Positions 17,420 through 26,395 of a stretch of DNA of 50,021 nt are shown here, one piece after another. Position numbers and translations under genes: made by a program. Each line of letters starts with the position of its first letter. Positions within the stretch are counted from its first letter, which is position 1. The stretch is taken from positions 1-50,021 of IMG/VR virus record IMGVR_UViG_3300020202_000016; one strand, given 5' to 3'. The notes beneath the pieces are model-generated. The model searched no databases. It worked only from the letters and a program-made list of their open reading frames with translations, and had not been told where the DNA came from. Source of the stretch: a virus (Duplodnaviria; Caudoviricetes).

Positions 17420-17495
17420 GGGCAGGGAGCTCAAAGGTTAGAGCAGGAAACTCATAATTTCCAGGTTGTTGGTTCAAGTCCAGTTCTGCCCACCA
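17420..17495 (+). tRNA. tRNA with CAT anticodon (Ile2 or elongator Met)
   Basis: 76-nt cloverleaf: GGGCAGG/TCTGCCC, GCTC/GAGC, GGAAA-CTCATAA-TTTCC, TTCAAGT T-loop, encoded CCA. Confidence 0.88.
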
Positions 17496-17722
17496 AACAG
17501 AGGTAATTATGTTAAGCGGCCTATATTTAGCAATGCTCAATCCTATGATGACGGATGATGGGCTCTCTCAAATGACGAGGGGAAACCTTTAACGCAAAAC
17601 TAAAAATGATAAAAAGTGTTGAAGATGGACTGGAAGGCTTACGGGGAGAAGAAAAGCAGGAATACATCCGTATTGTGCTTCCACAGCTTATGACTTTAGT
17701 TTTGATGTAAACAGAGGCGCGA

Positions 17723-18130
17723 ATGAAAACACTAGAACAGCATTTTTGTGACTGGGAATGTTCGGCCTTTGGGTTTGGCTACGGAACAGGCGAGGAGCAT
17801 GTTATTGGTGCCTTAAAGTCATTCTTTGAGCTATGCAATAAAGGAGACGGGCTCCGCGCCTACGATCACAAAGATATTGAAAAAGAACTCTCTCCGGCAA
17901 CGGCATGGCTTCTTATCAATAAACTATGCAGCTTAGATGCCATTGAATACGGAACCTCGCCTCGCTATGCATGGCTCACAAAAAAGGGAGAAAGACTCAA
18001 GGAGTTTTTTGGAAAACACTCGACAGAAGAGCTTCTTAATATTTTGTGGGAGAACTTTGAAACTTGCGGCGACAGTTCACCGAAAGAAGATAATCCGCCC
18101 ACAAACCCATTTTGGCATGACAGCATATGA
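17723..18130 (+). CDS. Hypothetical phage protein
   Basis: GAGG RBS; FGFGYGTGEEH..IEYGTSPRYAWLT. Confidence 0.65.
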   Translation: MKTLEQHFCDWECSAFGFGYGTGEEHVIGALKSFFELCNKGDGLRAYDHKDIEKELSPATAWLLINKLCSLDAIEYGTSPRYAWLTKKGERLKEFFGKHSTEELLNILWENFETCGDSSPKEDNPPTNPFWHDSI

Positions 18131-18345
18131 ACACTGAATTTGAAATCCTCATGTCCTCACACCTAAGTAAAGTGACAGGTAGAGACCATAACGGAATGCT
18201 TGAAGTCTACGTAGACAACATACATGGCGATCACTTCTTTTATCTACGCGAAGTCGATGCGTCAGATTTAATAATTTCCCTCTCTCAATGGCTGAAAACT
18301 AAAGCACTTGAGCGAGAAGAAGATAGCAAGCTAGGGCCGCTGTAA
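18127..18345 (+). CDS. Hypothetical protein
   Basis: ATGA coupling to the upstream gene. Confidence 0.55.
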   Translation: MNTEFEILMSSHLSKVTGRDHNGMLEVYVDNIHGDHFFYLREVDASDLIISLSQWLKTKALEREEDSKLGPL

Positions 18346-18514
18346 GAATGATCGGTAGACCCCTAAACTCAATGGACAGGAAAACCTGGATGCTCACAAT
18401 TATGAAATGTTACGGATCAGTTGTAGTCGCAACCGTAGTGACAACATTAGAGCAATATATGCTTGACAATTTAGAGAAAATGGTTAACGCTCACGATGTA
18501 ACCAGGGAGAAGTG

Positions 18515-18733
18515 ATGAAAAAGATAATCTTAGTATCGATGTTATTGTTATCGGGCTGCGCTAACGAAATGTATCAACGCGAATATACACCGGAGGAGCG
18601 GGCACAGCTTCAAGAGGCTGTAATGCGGTCTAGAATAGAGCCTGTGTTGCTCCCGATGCCAGCGCCTGTTAAACGTTCGGTCAACACGCAGTGCTATACG
18701 TACAATAACCAGATGAACTGTACAACGCGATAA
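18515..18733 (+). CDS. Small lipoprotein (moron)
   Basis: MKKIILVSMLLLSG-C lipobox. Confidence 0.75.
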   Translation: MKKIILVSMLLLSGCANEMYQREYTPEERAQLQEAVMRSRIEPVLLPMPAPVKRSVNTQCYTYNNQMNCTTR

Positions 18734-18936
18734 TTCTGTATTTTGAACCAGATGATAAGAAATTGGGAAATTGACAGACTACGTGCGTTAGCGATGTGAA
18801 TTGACCCCAGTTTACTAGACACCAGTAAGCCTATAAATTTAGGCCACTAGGAGGTGTCATTGTAACCCTCCCGTAAAATCAGTCCAAGCATAACTAGAGG
18901 TCTTTGGGCAAACTATGTAGCCAAAGGAGGCCTCAA

Positions 18937-19203
18937 ATGCGCAAGAGCAGATTCAACGAGACCCAGATCATGGGGGTATTAAAGGCGGTCGAAGCAGGTC
19001 GAACTGTCAGAGAAGTATGTAGGGAGCACAGCATCGCGGAAGCGACGTACTACCAGTGGAAATCGAAGTATGGCGGCATGGAAGCGGCTGACATCAAGCG
19101 CCTGAAGGAACTGGCAGACGAGAACCGCAAACTCAAGATGATGGTGGCGGACCTAAGCCTAGAGAACCGAGCGTTCAAGGAAGTCATAGGTTTAAAGCGT
19201 TAG
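18937..19203 (+). CDS. IS3-family orfA
   Basis: MRKSRFNETQI..TYYQWKSKYGGM..ENRKLK. Confidence 0.9.
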   Translation: MRKSRFNETQIMGVLKAVEAGRTVREVCREHSIAEATYYQWKSKYGGMEAADIKRLKELADENRKLKMMVADLSLENRAFKEVIGLKR

Positions 19204-20042
19204 CCCCCGCCCAGAAGCGCTGGTATGCGGAGCAACTGCAAGCGCAAGGCTTAAGCCAGCGGCAAGCCTGCAAAGCGGTTAGGCTGTCGCGCTCGGTGTT
19301 CTCGTACCAGCCGCGCAGCGAATCCGATGAACCGATCATCGTAGTGCTGCAGGAATTGGCGGAACGCTTTCCGGAGCGGGGGTTTAGCAAGTATTTCAAG
19401 GTGCTGCGACGGCGCGGGCATGGCTGGAATCACAAGCGTGTGTATCGCGTATACCGAGCGCTGGGATTGAATCGTCGCCGGATGGGTAAGAAACGGCTGC
19501 CGGCCAGAACGCCAAACCCGCTGGTGGCGCCGGAACAGATCAACCGGAGTTGGTCAATGGATTTCATGAGTGATGCACTGTGGTGTGGCCGGCGATTTCG
19601 CACCTTCAATGTGATAGACGACTGCAGTCGTGAAGTGTTGGCAATCGAGATTGATTTGAATCTTCCAGCCACGCGGGTGGTTAGGGTATTGGAACGGATC
19701 GTCGCCTGGCGCGGCTATCCGGATCGGATTCGCATGGACAACGGCCCGGAGTTTATTGCGGCGGCGTTGGCCGATTGGGCGCAGCAACATGGCGTAACCC
19801 TGGAGTTCATCGAACCGGGGCGGCCTATGCAAAACGGTTTTATCGAGCGCTTCAACCGCAGCTACCGCGAAGGCGTATTGGATATGTATGTGTTCAGGAA
19901 CCTAAACGAGGTGCGCCAACGGACCGAAATATGGATGACCGATTACAACGAGCAGTTACCCCACGATTCCCTCGGCGATCTCACACCCGTCGAGTATCGT
20001 GTTCTTCACCAGCCCGAAACCTCTAGTTTTAACTGGCACTGA
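19191..20042 (+). CDS. IS3-family orfB (DDE), entered by -1 frameshift
   Basis: WSMDFMSD, DNGPEF and NGFIERFN motifs. Confidence 0.9.
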   Translation, partial: FKALAPAQKRWYAEQLQAQGLSQRQACKAVRLSRSVFSYQPRSESDEPIIVVLQELAERFPERGFSKYFKVLRRRGHGWNHKRVYRVYRALGLNRRRMGKKRLPARTPNPLVAPEQINRSWSMDFMSDALWCGRRFRTFNVIDDCSREVLAIEIDLNLPATRVVRVLERIVAWRGYPDRIRMDNGPEFIAAALADWAQQHGVTLEFIEPGRPMQNGFIERFNRSYREGVLDMYVFRNLNEVRQRTEIWMTDYNEQLPHDSLGDLTPVEYRVLHQPETSSFNWH

Positions 20043-20126
20043 TTGGGGGAGGTTTACAATGGACGTGTCTCTATATATAGCTGGCGATGTATATCCGGCC
20101 CGAATGAGTCTCACAAAGGGTTTCTC

Positions 20127-21202
20127 ATGAAACAAAACTCTCCGCAAATATTAAAAACCGTGCTTGAGCGAATACATACGTTTGAGCCGGATAAGCTAAT
20201 GCCTTTTACAAAATTTCTGCCATTGAATCAAAGTAAAAAGAATGGTTTACATTCTGTGGAGATATGCGCAGGGGCTGGTGGTCAAGCGCTTGGGCTCGAA
20301 CTTGCAGGGTTCAATCATGCAGCTTTGGTGGAAATCGATCGTGAGGCTCAAAATACGCTTAGATTGAACCGCCCTCATTGGAATGTCCTGGACAATGGTG
20401 ACGTTTGTCAGTTTTCCGGGAGAGATTACAAAGGTGTTGAGCTTCTTGCGGGGGGGTGCCTTGTCCTCCATTTTCCAGAGCAGGGAAACAGCTAGGCCAA
20501 GATGATGATCGTGATTTATTTCCCGAGGCTGTAAGAATTGTAGATGAGTGCCGTCCAAGCGCAGTCATGCTAGAAAACGTCCGGGGTTTGCTTGATACAG
20601 TCTTTGATGAGTATAGAGCTAAGATAATCAGAGATCTTAAGAAATTAGGATATGTAGCTGAATGGCGGCTTCTCAACGCCTCCGATTTTGGGGTTTCACA
20701 ACTCCGGCCAAGAGTTCTGTTTGTTGCAATTCGTAAAGATCTGACTGAAGGATTTTCTTGGCCAGAAGGGACGGGGAGAAGACCTCCAACGGTCGGTCAT
20801 CTCTTGTATGACCTAATGGCGGAAAGAAATTGGAAAGGTGTGAAAGCTTGGCGCGAACGTGCTTGTGATATTGCCCCGACGCTTGTAGGCGGCAGCAAAA
20901 AACACGGAGGCCCTGATCTTGGGCCGACACGGGCTAAGCGCGCGTGGGAGAGCCTTGGGGTAGATGGGAAAGGGCTTGCTGATCTTGCGCCCGATACGGA
21001 TTTTGTTGGGTTGCCGCGCCTTACGGTACGGATGGCTGCAAGAATTCAAGGTTTTCCTGACTCCTGGAAATTAAGCGGTAAAAAGACCGCTGCTTACCGT
21101 CAAGTTGGTAATGCGTTTCCTCCGCCTGTTGCGCAAGCGGTCGGGCAGCAAATTGCTGCCGCTTTATTTGCGGCCTCAAAAAGAAAACTTCAAAGGGCTT
21201 AA
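20127..21202 (+). pseudogene. C5-cytosine DNA methyltransferase (M.NgoMIV/M.NaeI-like), frameshifted at a G7 tract
   Basis: EICAGAGG, (GGV)PCPPF, ENVRG, QLRPR, TLVGGSKKHGGPDLGPTR and QVGNA motifs; split at 20450-20456. Confidence 0.88.
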
Positions 21203-21204
21203 AA

Positions 21205-21546
21205 ATGACGCAACGGGGAACAGGGGCAAGAGCAAAGCTGCGTGCTCATTTTCTTGCGAATGTCGGCAGAGTAATGAATTCTGATGAACTTTTCGAAGCA
21301 TCAGGCAGAACTAGTGAATGGGGCCGCCGTGTTCGTGAGCTGCGAAATGAGGAAGGTTATCAAATACTGACTCATAATGATAGAAGCGGCCTTAAGCCAG
21401 GCGAATATCTTCTGGAAACCACCAAACCGCAGCCAGCTTTTTCCAGGTCAATAAGCAAAGAAACAAGAGCGTACGTTCTTGACCGGAACGGCTTTACTTG
21501 TCAGATGTGCGGGGCAGTAGCGGGGGAACCTCACCCTTATGAATGA
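21205..21546 (+). pseudogene. HNH-type endonuclease, truncated before the HNH core
   Basis: WGRRVRELR..RAYVLDRNGFTCQMCG..GEPHPY, then fused to IS3 orfB. Confidence 0.75.
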
Positions 21547-22393
21547 GGGGTGCTATTCGGTGCGCCAACTCTGTCACGCGATGGAAGTTCATCCAAGCGG
21601 ATATTACGCTTGGCGAATTCAGCCCGATTCGGCGCGTGCGCTGGAAGATCGACGCCTGGTAGGCAGAATCAAGCAATCATGGCTCGAAAGCGGAACGGTC
21701 TATGGCTATCGTAAAGTGCACGACGATTTATTAGAACTAGGTGAACGCTGCGGAAAGAACCGAGTGTATCGTTTGATGCGCACTCATGCGATGCGTGCAC
21801 AAATAGGTTACCGGCGCCGTCCTCATGCACAGACAGGAGCGGCATCCGTAATTGCAGAGAATCGTCTACAACGACAGTTTAACGTCGCTGAACCTAACCG
21901 CGTGTGGGTTACCGACATTACTTATATTCATACGCAAGAAGGTTGGCTGTTTCTGGCCGTAGTGCTCGACTTGTTCTCGCGTCAAGTGATCGGTTGGTCG
22001 ATGCAAGCGCGCATGGATCGCGAGCTGGTACTCAATGCGTTACTAATGGCCGTCTGGCGTCGACAGCCTCAGCAATCTGTGATCGTGCATTCGGATCAAG
22101 GCAGCCAGTTTAGCAGTCACGATTGGCAGAACTTCCTGAAAGCGCATAACTTGCAACCCAGCATGAGTCGGCGCGGCAATTGCCATGATAATGCGGTTGC
22201 CGAAAGCTTCTTCCAATTACTCAAACGCGAACGGATTCGCCGTAAAATTTACCGCACTCGAGAAGAGGCGCGCTGCGATATATTCGATTACATCGAAATG
22301 TTTTATAACTCAAAACGTCGTCACAGCCATAGTCGTCGGCTCTCTCCGGTAAACTATGAGAAGCAGTACTTCGAGAGGCTTGCGCGTGTCTAG
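21539..22393 (+). CDS. IS3-family orfB transposase lacking its orfA
   Basis: WVTDITY, HSDQGSQF and GNCHDNAVAESFF motifs. Confidence 0.9.
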   Translation: MNEGCYSVRQLCHAMEVHPSGYYAWRIQPDSARALEDRRLVGRIKQSWLESGTVYGYRKVHDDLLELGERCGKNRVYRLMRTHAMRAQIGYRRRPHAQTGAASVIAENRLQRQFNVAEPNRVWVTDITYIHTQEGWLFLAVVLDLFSRQVIGWSMQARMDRELVLNALLMAVWRRQPQQSVIVHSDQGSQFSSHDWQNFLKAHNLQPSMSRRGNCHDNAVAESFFQLLKRERIRRKIYRTREEARCDIFDYIEMFYNSKRRHSHSRRLSPVNYEKQYFERLARV

Positions 22394-22437
22394 GAAATCG
22401 GGGTCAATTCAATGTATAGCATATTTGTGGTGGGAAT

Positions 22438-23511
22438 GTGAATTCTGATATTCAGAAATTAAGAGCGCTGGCGGTTATTCTTGTAATATTTGGACATATG
22501 CAAGGAAGTTTATTCCATAGCCCAAACATCCTCACAGAGTTTCTCTCGCACTTTTGGCTGGGTGGTGGCGTTGATCTATTCTTCTGTATTTCTGGTTTTG
22601 TTATAAGTAAAAAAATAGTATCTATCATTGATAATCACAAAAACAATCAGAATGAACAGTGGCAAATAATAAAAGAATTCTGGATAAAAAGGGCCTTTCG
22701 TTTATTGCCATCAGCTTGGTTCTGGATGTTATTTCCACTAGTCGGCAGTCTCTTCTTCAATCAGTCCGGTGTCTTTGGACTGGAGGCAGCAAACCTTAAA
22801 AGTGTTGCGGCGATCATTTTATATGTTGCGAACTTTGCGCAGGCGTTCGGGCCTGGGCTTGGTGCAAACGGGTCATATTGGAGCTTAGCACTGGAAGAGC
22901 AATTTTACTTTGCATTCCCGTTTTTTCTGCTATTCGTCTCAAAACGCGTGCGCTGGTTGATCCTACTGTTAGCCATCATTGCACTAACAAGCCACTGGCC
23001 TTCGTATAGCGTTTGGAGGTTGGATTCAATCATTTTCGGCGTATTACTATATTTCTTCTCAAGATCGGTTGGATCTAAATTGTTCGAACCGCGCGTCATG
23101 GAGACGCGCTGGGTTTCGTTTTCGATAGTCGGAATACTTGTATTGAGCCTAACTTTAATAAATCAAGCTATCCCAGGAGCTCAATATAAATACACAATTG
23201 TTGGCTTCTTTACCGCGATTCTTGTATTTATGGCCTCTTTCGATAAAAACTACATTCTTCCGTCGAAAAGACTAAACGCGGCTTTACGGTACATCGGCAA
23301 TCGTAGTTATGCGATTTACCTGGTGCATATGCCAGCATACCTACTAACAAACGAAATTTGGAATAAAAAAGAAGTAGGCTCATTAACAATCGCAATAACC
23401 GGACTCTCTCTTATTTTTGCTTTTTCTGAATTAAGCTATAGATTTATAGAATCGCCGATGAGAAATTTTAAGGGGCGCAGAGAACCGAACGCTCTGCTTG
23501 TGGATCGATAG
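22438..23511 (+). CDS. Acyltransferase-3 (OafA/Oac-like O-acetyltransferase)
   Basis: LRALAV, GVDLFFCISGFVI, RAFRLLP, WSLALEEQFY and SYAIYLVH motifs; multi-TM. Confidence 0.9.
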   Translation: MNSDIQKLRALAVILVIFGHMQGSLFHSPNILTEFLSHFWLGGGVDLFFCISGFVISKKIVSIIDNHKNNQNEQWQIIKEFWIKRAFRLLPSAWFWMLFPLVGSLFFNQSGVFGLEAANLKSVAAIILYVANFAQAFGPGLGANGSYWSLALEEQFYFAFPFFLLFVSKRVRWLILLLAIIALTSHWPSYSVWRLDSIIFGVLLYFFSRSVGSKLFEPRVMETRWVSFSIVGILVLSLTLINQAIPGAQYKYTIVGFFTAILVFMASFDKNYILPSKRLNAALRYIGNRSYAIYLVHMPAYLLTNEIWNKKEVGSLTIAITGLSLIFAFSELSYRFIESPMRNFKGRREPNALLVDR

Positions 23512-23872
23512 AAGAAGCGCCAAACCAATCCACAGCCTCATACCAAGCGGTTGCTCTCCACCACCACATTCCATCCTCTTTGAGACGCTTGTATAGCTCT
23601 TCATCGGCTTGTTGTTTATACGCATCCGCTAATAAACCTAACCGTATCATCTGATAGAGAGCGTCATGAACCAATGATGCTCGAATAGAACTTTTTGTGT
23701 CGAATGTTGGGCCACTTGCGCCGTCCCATGCGTAGCCTTCTTTAATAATTAGATGACCCAGCGTGGTTAGAATAATATAATCATGGCACACTGGGTATTC
23801 TGGTTTAATATCAATATCGGTTAGGTGATCCTCTGCTAGCTGGTATCGATACCCTTCCCTGTATTTGACCAT
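23468..23872 (-). CDS. DUF1353-like protein
   Basis: WDGASGP..ASLVHDALY motif. Confidence 0.75.
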   Translation of the reverse strand: MVKYREGYRYQLAEDHLTDIDIKPEYPVCHDYIILTTLGHLIIKEGYAWDGASGPTFDTKSSIRASLVHDALYQMIRLGLLADAYKQQADEELYKRLKEDGMWWWRATAWYEAVDWFGASSIDPQAERSVLCAP

Positions 23873-24252
23873 TAGAATACCCTCTTTTTAGAAGGGGGTT
23901 CGGTAGTTTGCACGTGCACCCATCGTGGGGTTCTTTCTGGACTTTCCATCCACAAACCAAGTTCTTCTAATAAATCTTGATTGAGTAAACAAAAAGCAGT
24001 TAAAACGCGATCACGATCATCTATATCAGCCGCACGCGCCGTGAGATGCCGAGAGGTTTTGGATGCGCCTTTTGTTCTTTTGTTGACCGCGACCGGCCTC
24101 CAGCCGGAAGTTAATTGTCTGTCTTGGCCAAAAACACTCAAAAGCTTATTGACTGTTTCCACCGTATGCTTACCGTTTTTTTGAATTTCTTCCGTAAATT
24201 CTGGACGGAATTTCTTTTCGTATCCCCTCCAATATTCTTCTAGCGTTACCAT
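23872..24252 (-). CDS. Endolysin, peptidase M15 family
   Basis: SGWR..SRHLTARAAD..WVHVQ. Confidence 0.8.
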   Translation of the reverse strand: MVTLEEYWRGYEKKFRPEFTEEIQKNGKHTVETVNKLLSVFGQDRQLTSGWRPVAVNKRTKGASKTSRHLTARAADIDDRDRVLTAFCLLNQDLLEELGLWMESPERTPRWVHVQTTEPPSKKRVF

Positions 24253-24464
24253 TTAATGTGATCCCGCATCCAGTAAATGGCCCCCGCGACAATGGCAGCA
24301 GTGGCTGGAATAGCTTTCGCCATAGAAAGCTGACCTTTTCTTTGTTCCATAATCGAAATTAACTGAGTGAGCTTTGGGTTTATTTCTTCGTGCCATTTAA
24401 GATGGTAGTTGAGTTTTTCGTCAATGCGAATTAAAAGCTCGTGAATATCATCTAAATTTTTCAT
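24246..24464 (-). CDS. Possible holin or small membrane protein
   Basis: C-terminal hydrophobic segment; directly precedes the endolysin. Confidence 0.45.
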   Translation of the reverse strand: MKNLDDIHELLIRIDEKLNYHLKWHEEINPKLTQLISIMEQRKGQLSMAKAIPATAAIVAGAIYWMRDHIKW

Positions 24465-25951
24465 GCGCATACGCTACCGGAAATTCCGGATTGGAATATA
24501 GTTGGCGTGCCATTATCCCCGTACCAAGTAGTTGTCCCGCCAGTGCCCTCGCCGTTTTCTAGCCAGGTTAAGGTATGCCTTCCAATTCCAGGAAAACCTT
24601 TCCACGCCCCACCAATTTGTGCTGGAACGTTTGCAATAAAAAATGCTTTGCCGTTACTAATAAATCCAGATGCTAATGCATTGGTAACATCCAGACCAAC
24701 ACCAGCCGATACGTTAGATGCGCCGACACTATTTGCTGCGTGGTGATTGACTATTGCATAAACCTCGTCCTCAGATAGACCAATTACTATATCCAATTGG
24801 TTTGCTGAGCTATTATTTGCCTGCCTAAGTGCGTTCGTGTTATATGTCCAGGAATCTGTCGATTCGACTACACGCATTGGCCTGTCGACTCGATTATAAT
24901 TATTCCAAACATGACGTTTAGCAAATGCATCATTAATTTGCGCACTACCATCCGACCTCATCGTCCCGACAAACAAACCAAGTCTAGCTCCAGGCCCATT
25001 GGTGATTGCAACCTTATTAACGTATCTGCCTTCAAATAATTCAATCTCAGTGGTTCCAGCGCCAGTTCCCCTCGAAGTATCCGAGCTCCAAGCCGGGCCG
25101 CGAGTTGCCCTTAATGTTCCAGAATCATTCCAGGCAAATACGTCATAGTTAGAATTATTAGCAACAGATGCGGGTGACTTTGTAATATCGGTAGTGGCCT
25201 GAGAAAGCTCGGTAAATACATAATTTACCCAAACAGTTCCGTTATAAATAGAGATTTGATTCCCTTTATATGGCGTGAAATAAACCGTTGTTGCACCCGA
25301 GACATCGCCTGTTGTAACGGCTGCTCCGCTGGTTAAGGTTAATCGCCCATTACAAATCGGTGGAGAGCCAACGGCAGAAACCGAAGAAACATTGACAAGC
25401 TGGAATTGCGTGCCATCATATTCAACTTCGGCCATCGAGTTTTGTGTTAAGTCGCCAGCACCTAATGCAAAATTCCCTCGCTTAGTAATATTTCTCGCGC
25501 CGAGACCTGAAACATCTAGAGTGGTCGCGGCAGTATTCGTATTGGCAACAATAAAACTAAATCGCTGGCCAGCAATATAAAAGGTAAGCGCTGGAGTGGT
25601 CGTTGCGGTAATGGTGTTAGTTCCGCTAACCGTATTTAAAAACGTCAAACTACCGTTCTGAGCTTGCGTAATCGATGCGTAGGTGATCGCAACTACATTA
25701 TCCTGACTATAAATAAGCTGATTACTCGAATCCCTAACTTCGATGTAGTAATAACCATCCCAAAAAATAGAGGCTGAACCTGTTCCATCAAGTACAACAG
25801 GATTAGCATTCGGCACGCCGCCCGTGGCAGTTGTGTAAGTTTCTTTTGGAACGACCGTCCCCGCCGCATAAGTGTAGATTTTTCCGCCAGACAAAAATCC
25901 ACCAGTATTATTAAAATACTGCTGCTGACCGTTTGGTATTAAAATTGCCAT
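24461..25951 (-). CDS. Tail fibre/spike protein
   Basis: N-terminal GGKIYTYAAGT..NANPVVLDGTG virion-attachment domain. Confidence 0.75.
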   Translation of the reverse strand: MAILIPNGQQQYFNNTGGFLSGGKIYTYAAGTVVPKETYTTATGGVPNANPVVLDGTGSASIFWDGYYYIEVRDSSNQLIYSQDNVVAITYASITQAQNGSLTFLNTVSGTNTITATTTPALTFYIAGQRFSFIVANTNTAATTLDVSGLGARNITKRGNFALGAGDLTQNSMAEVEYDGTQFQLVNVSSVSAVGSPPICNGRLTLTSGAAVTTGDVSGATTVYFTPYKGNQISIYNGTVWVNYVFTELSQATTDITKSPASVANNSNYDVFAWNDSGTLRATRGPAWSSDTSRGTGAGTTEIELFEGRYVNKVAITNGPGARLGLFVGTMRSDGSAQINDAFAKRHVWNNYNRVDRPMRVVESTDSWTYNTNALRQANNSSANQLDIVIGLSEDEVYAIVNHHAANSVGASNVSAGVGLDVTNALASGFISNGKAFFIANVPAQIGGAWKGFPGIGRHTLTWLENGEGTGGTTTWYGDNGTPTIFQSGISGSVCA

Positions 25952-26010
25952 TGCTACCCCTCAAATAAAAAAAAGCGCCCTAAGGCGCTTTCGTGCTATT
26001 GATTAAACTA

Positions 26011-26340
26011 CTAAACTATTTCGATACCAGACATTGTCAGAGTAAGACCATTACCAAGAGCCTGAACAAAACCACCCGCCTCGATCACTGAATTAATTAT
26101 TTCCGGGCAGTTATAGGTTTCGCCCACCGCGATTGGTTGCGCGCTAATAAAAGTATTTGTTACGCCAGCCGTGCCGCTCAATGGAACCAGATACAAAGTG
26201 GCGGAAATTGGAGCTGCCGTAGTGTTGGTAAGCTGCGCCGATTTAATGACTGCCTTCGTTAATGTTGGAGCGGTGTAATAAGTCGTGGCCGATCCGGTTA
26301 ATTGCGATCCGGATATCATTCGCTTTGCGGTTGTTGTCAT
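26011..26340 (-). CDS. Structural protein (tail accessory)
   Basis: Beta-rich ORF in the tail module. Confidence 0.6.
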   Translation of the reverse strand: MTTTAKRMISGSQLTGSATTYYTAPTLTKAVIKSAQLTNTTAAPISATLYLVPLSGTAGVTNTFISAQPIAVGETYNCPEIINSVIEAGGFVQALGNGLTLTMSGIEIV

Positions 26341-26395
26341 TTCGTTTGCCCATAAAAAAAGCGCCCTAAGGCGCTTAAGAATTTGTTTTTTAAAA

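Larger units (their letters stand above)
18861..20058 (+). mobile_element. Complete IS3-family IS (IS407-group-like), 1198 bp
   Basis: IRs TGTAACCCTCCC.../...GGGAGGTTTACA; orfA and orfB; slippery T TTA AAG at 19191-19197. Confidence 0.9.
18797..22411 (+). mobile_element. IS3-family shell with passenger DNA; 3-bp target duplication ATG
   Basis: IRL TGAATTGACCCCAGTTTACTAGACAC; IRR GTGTCTAGGAAATCGGGGTCAATTCA; ATG at 18794-96 and 22412-14. Confidence 0.85.

Noticed and set aside
20127-21546. Active restriction-modification system
   Set aside because: The MTase is frameshifted and the nuclease is truncated before its HNH core
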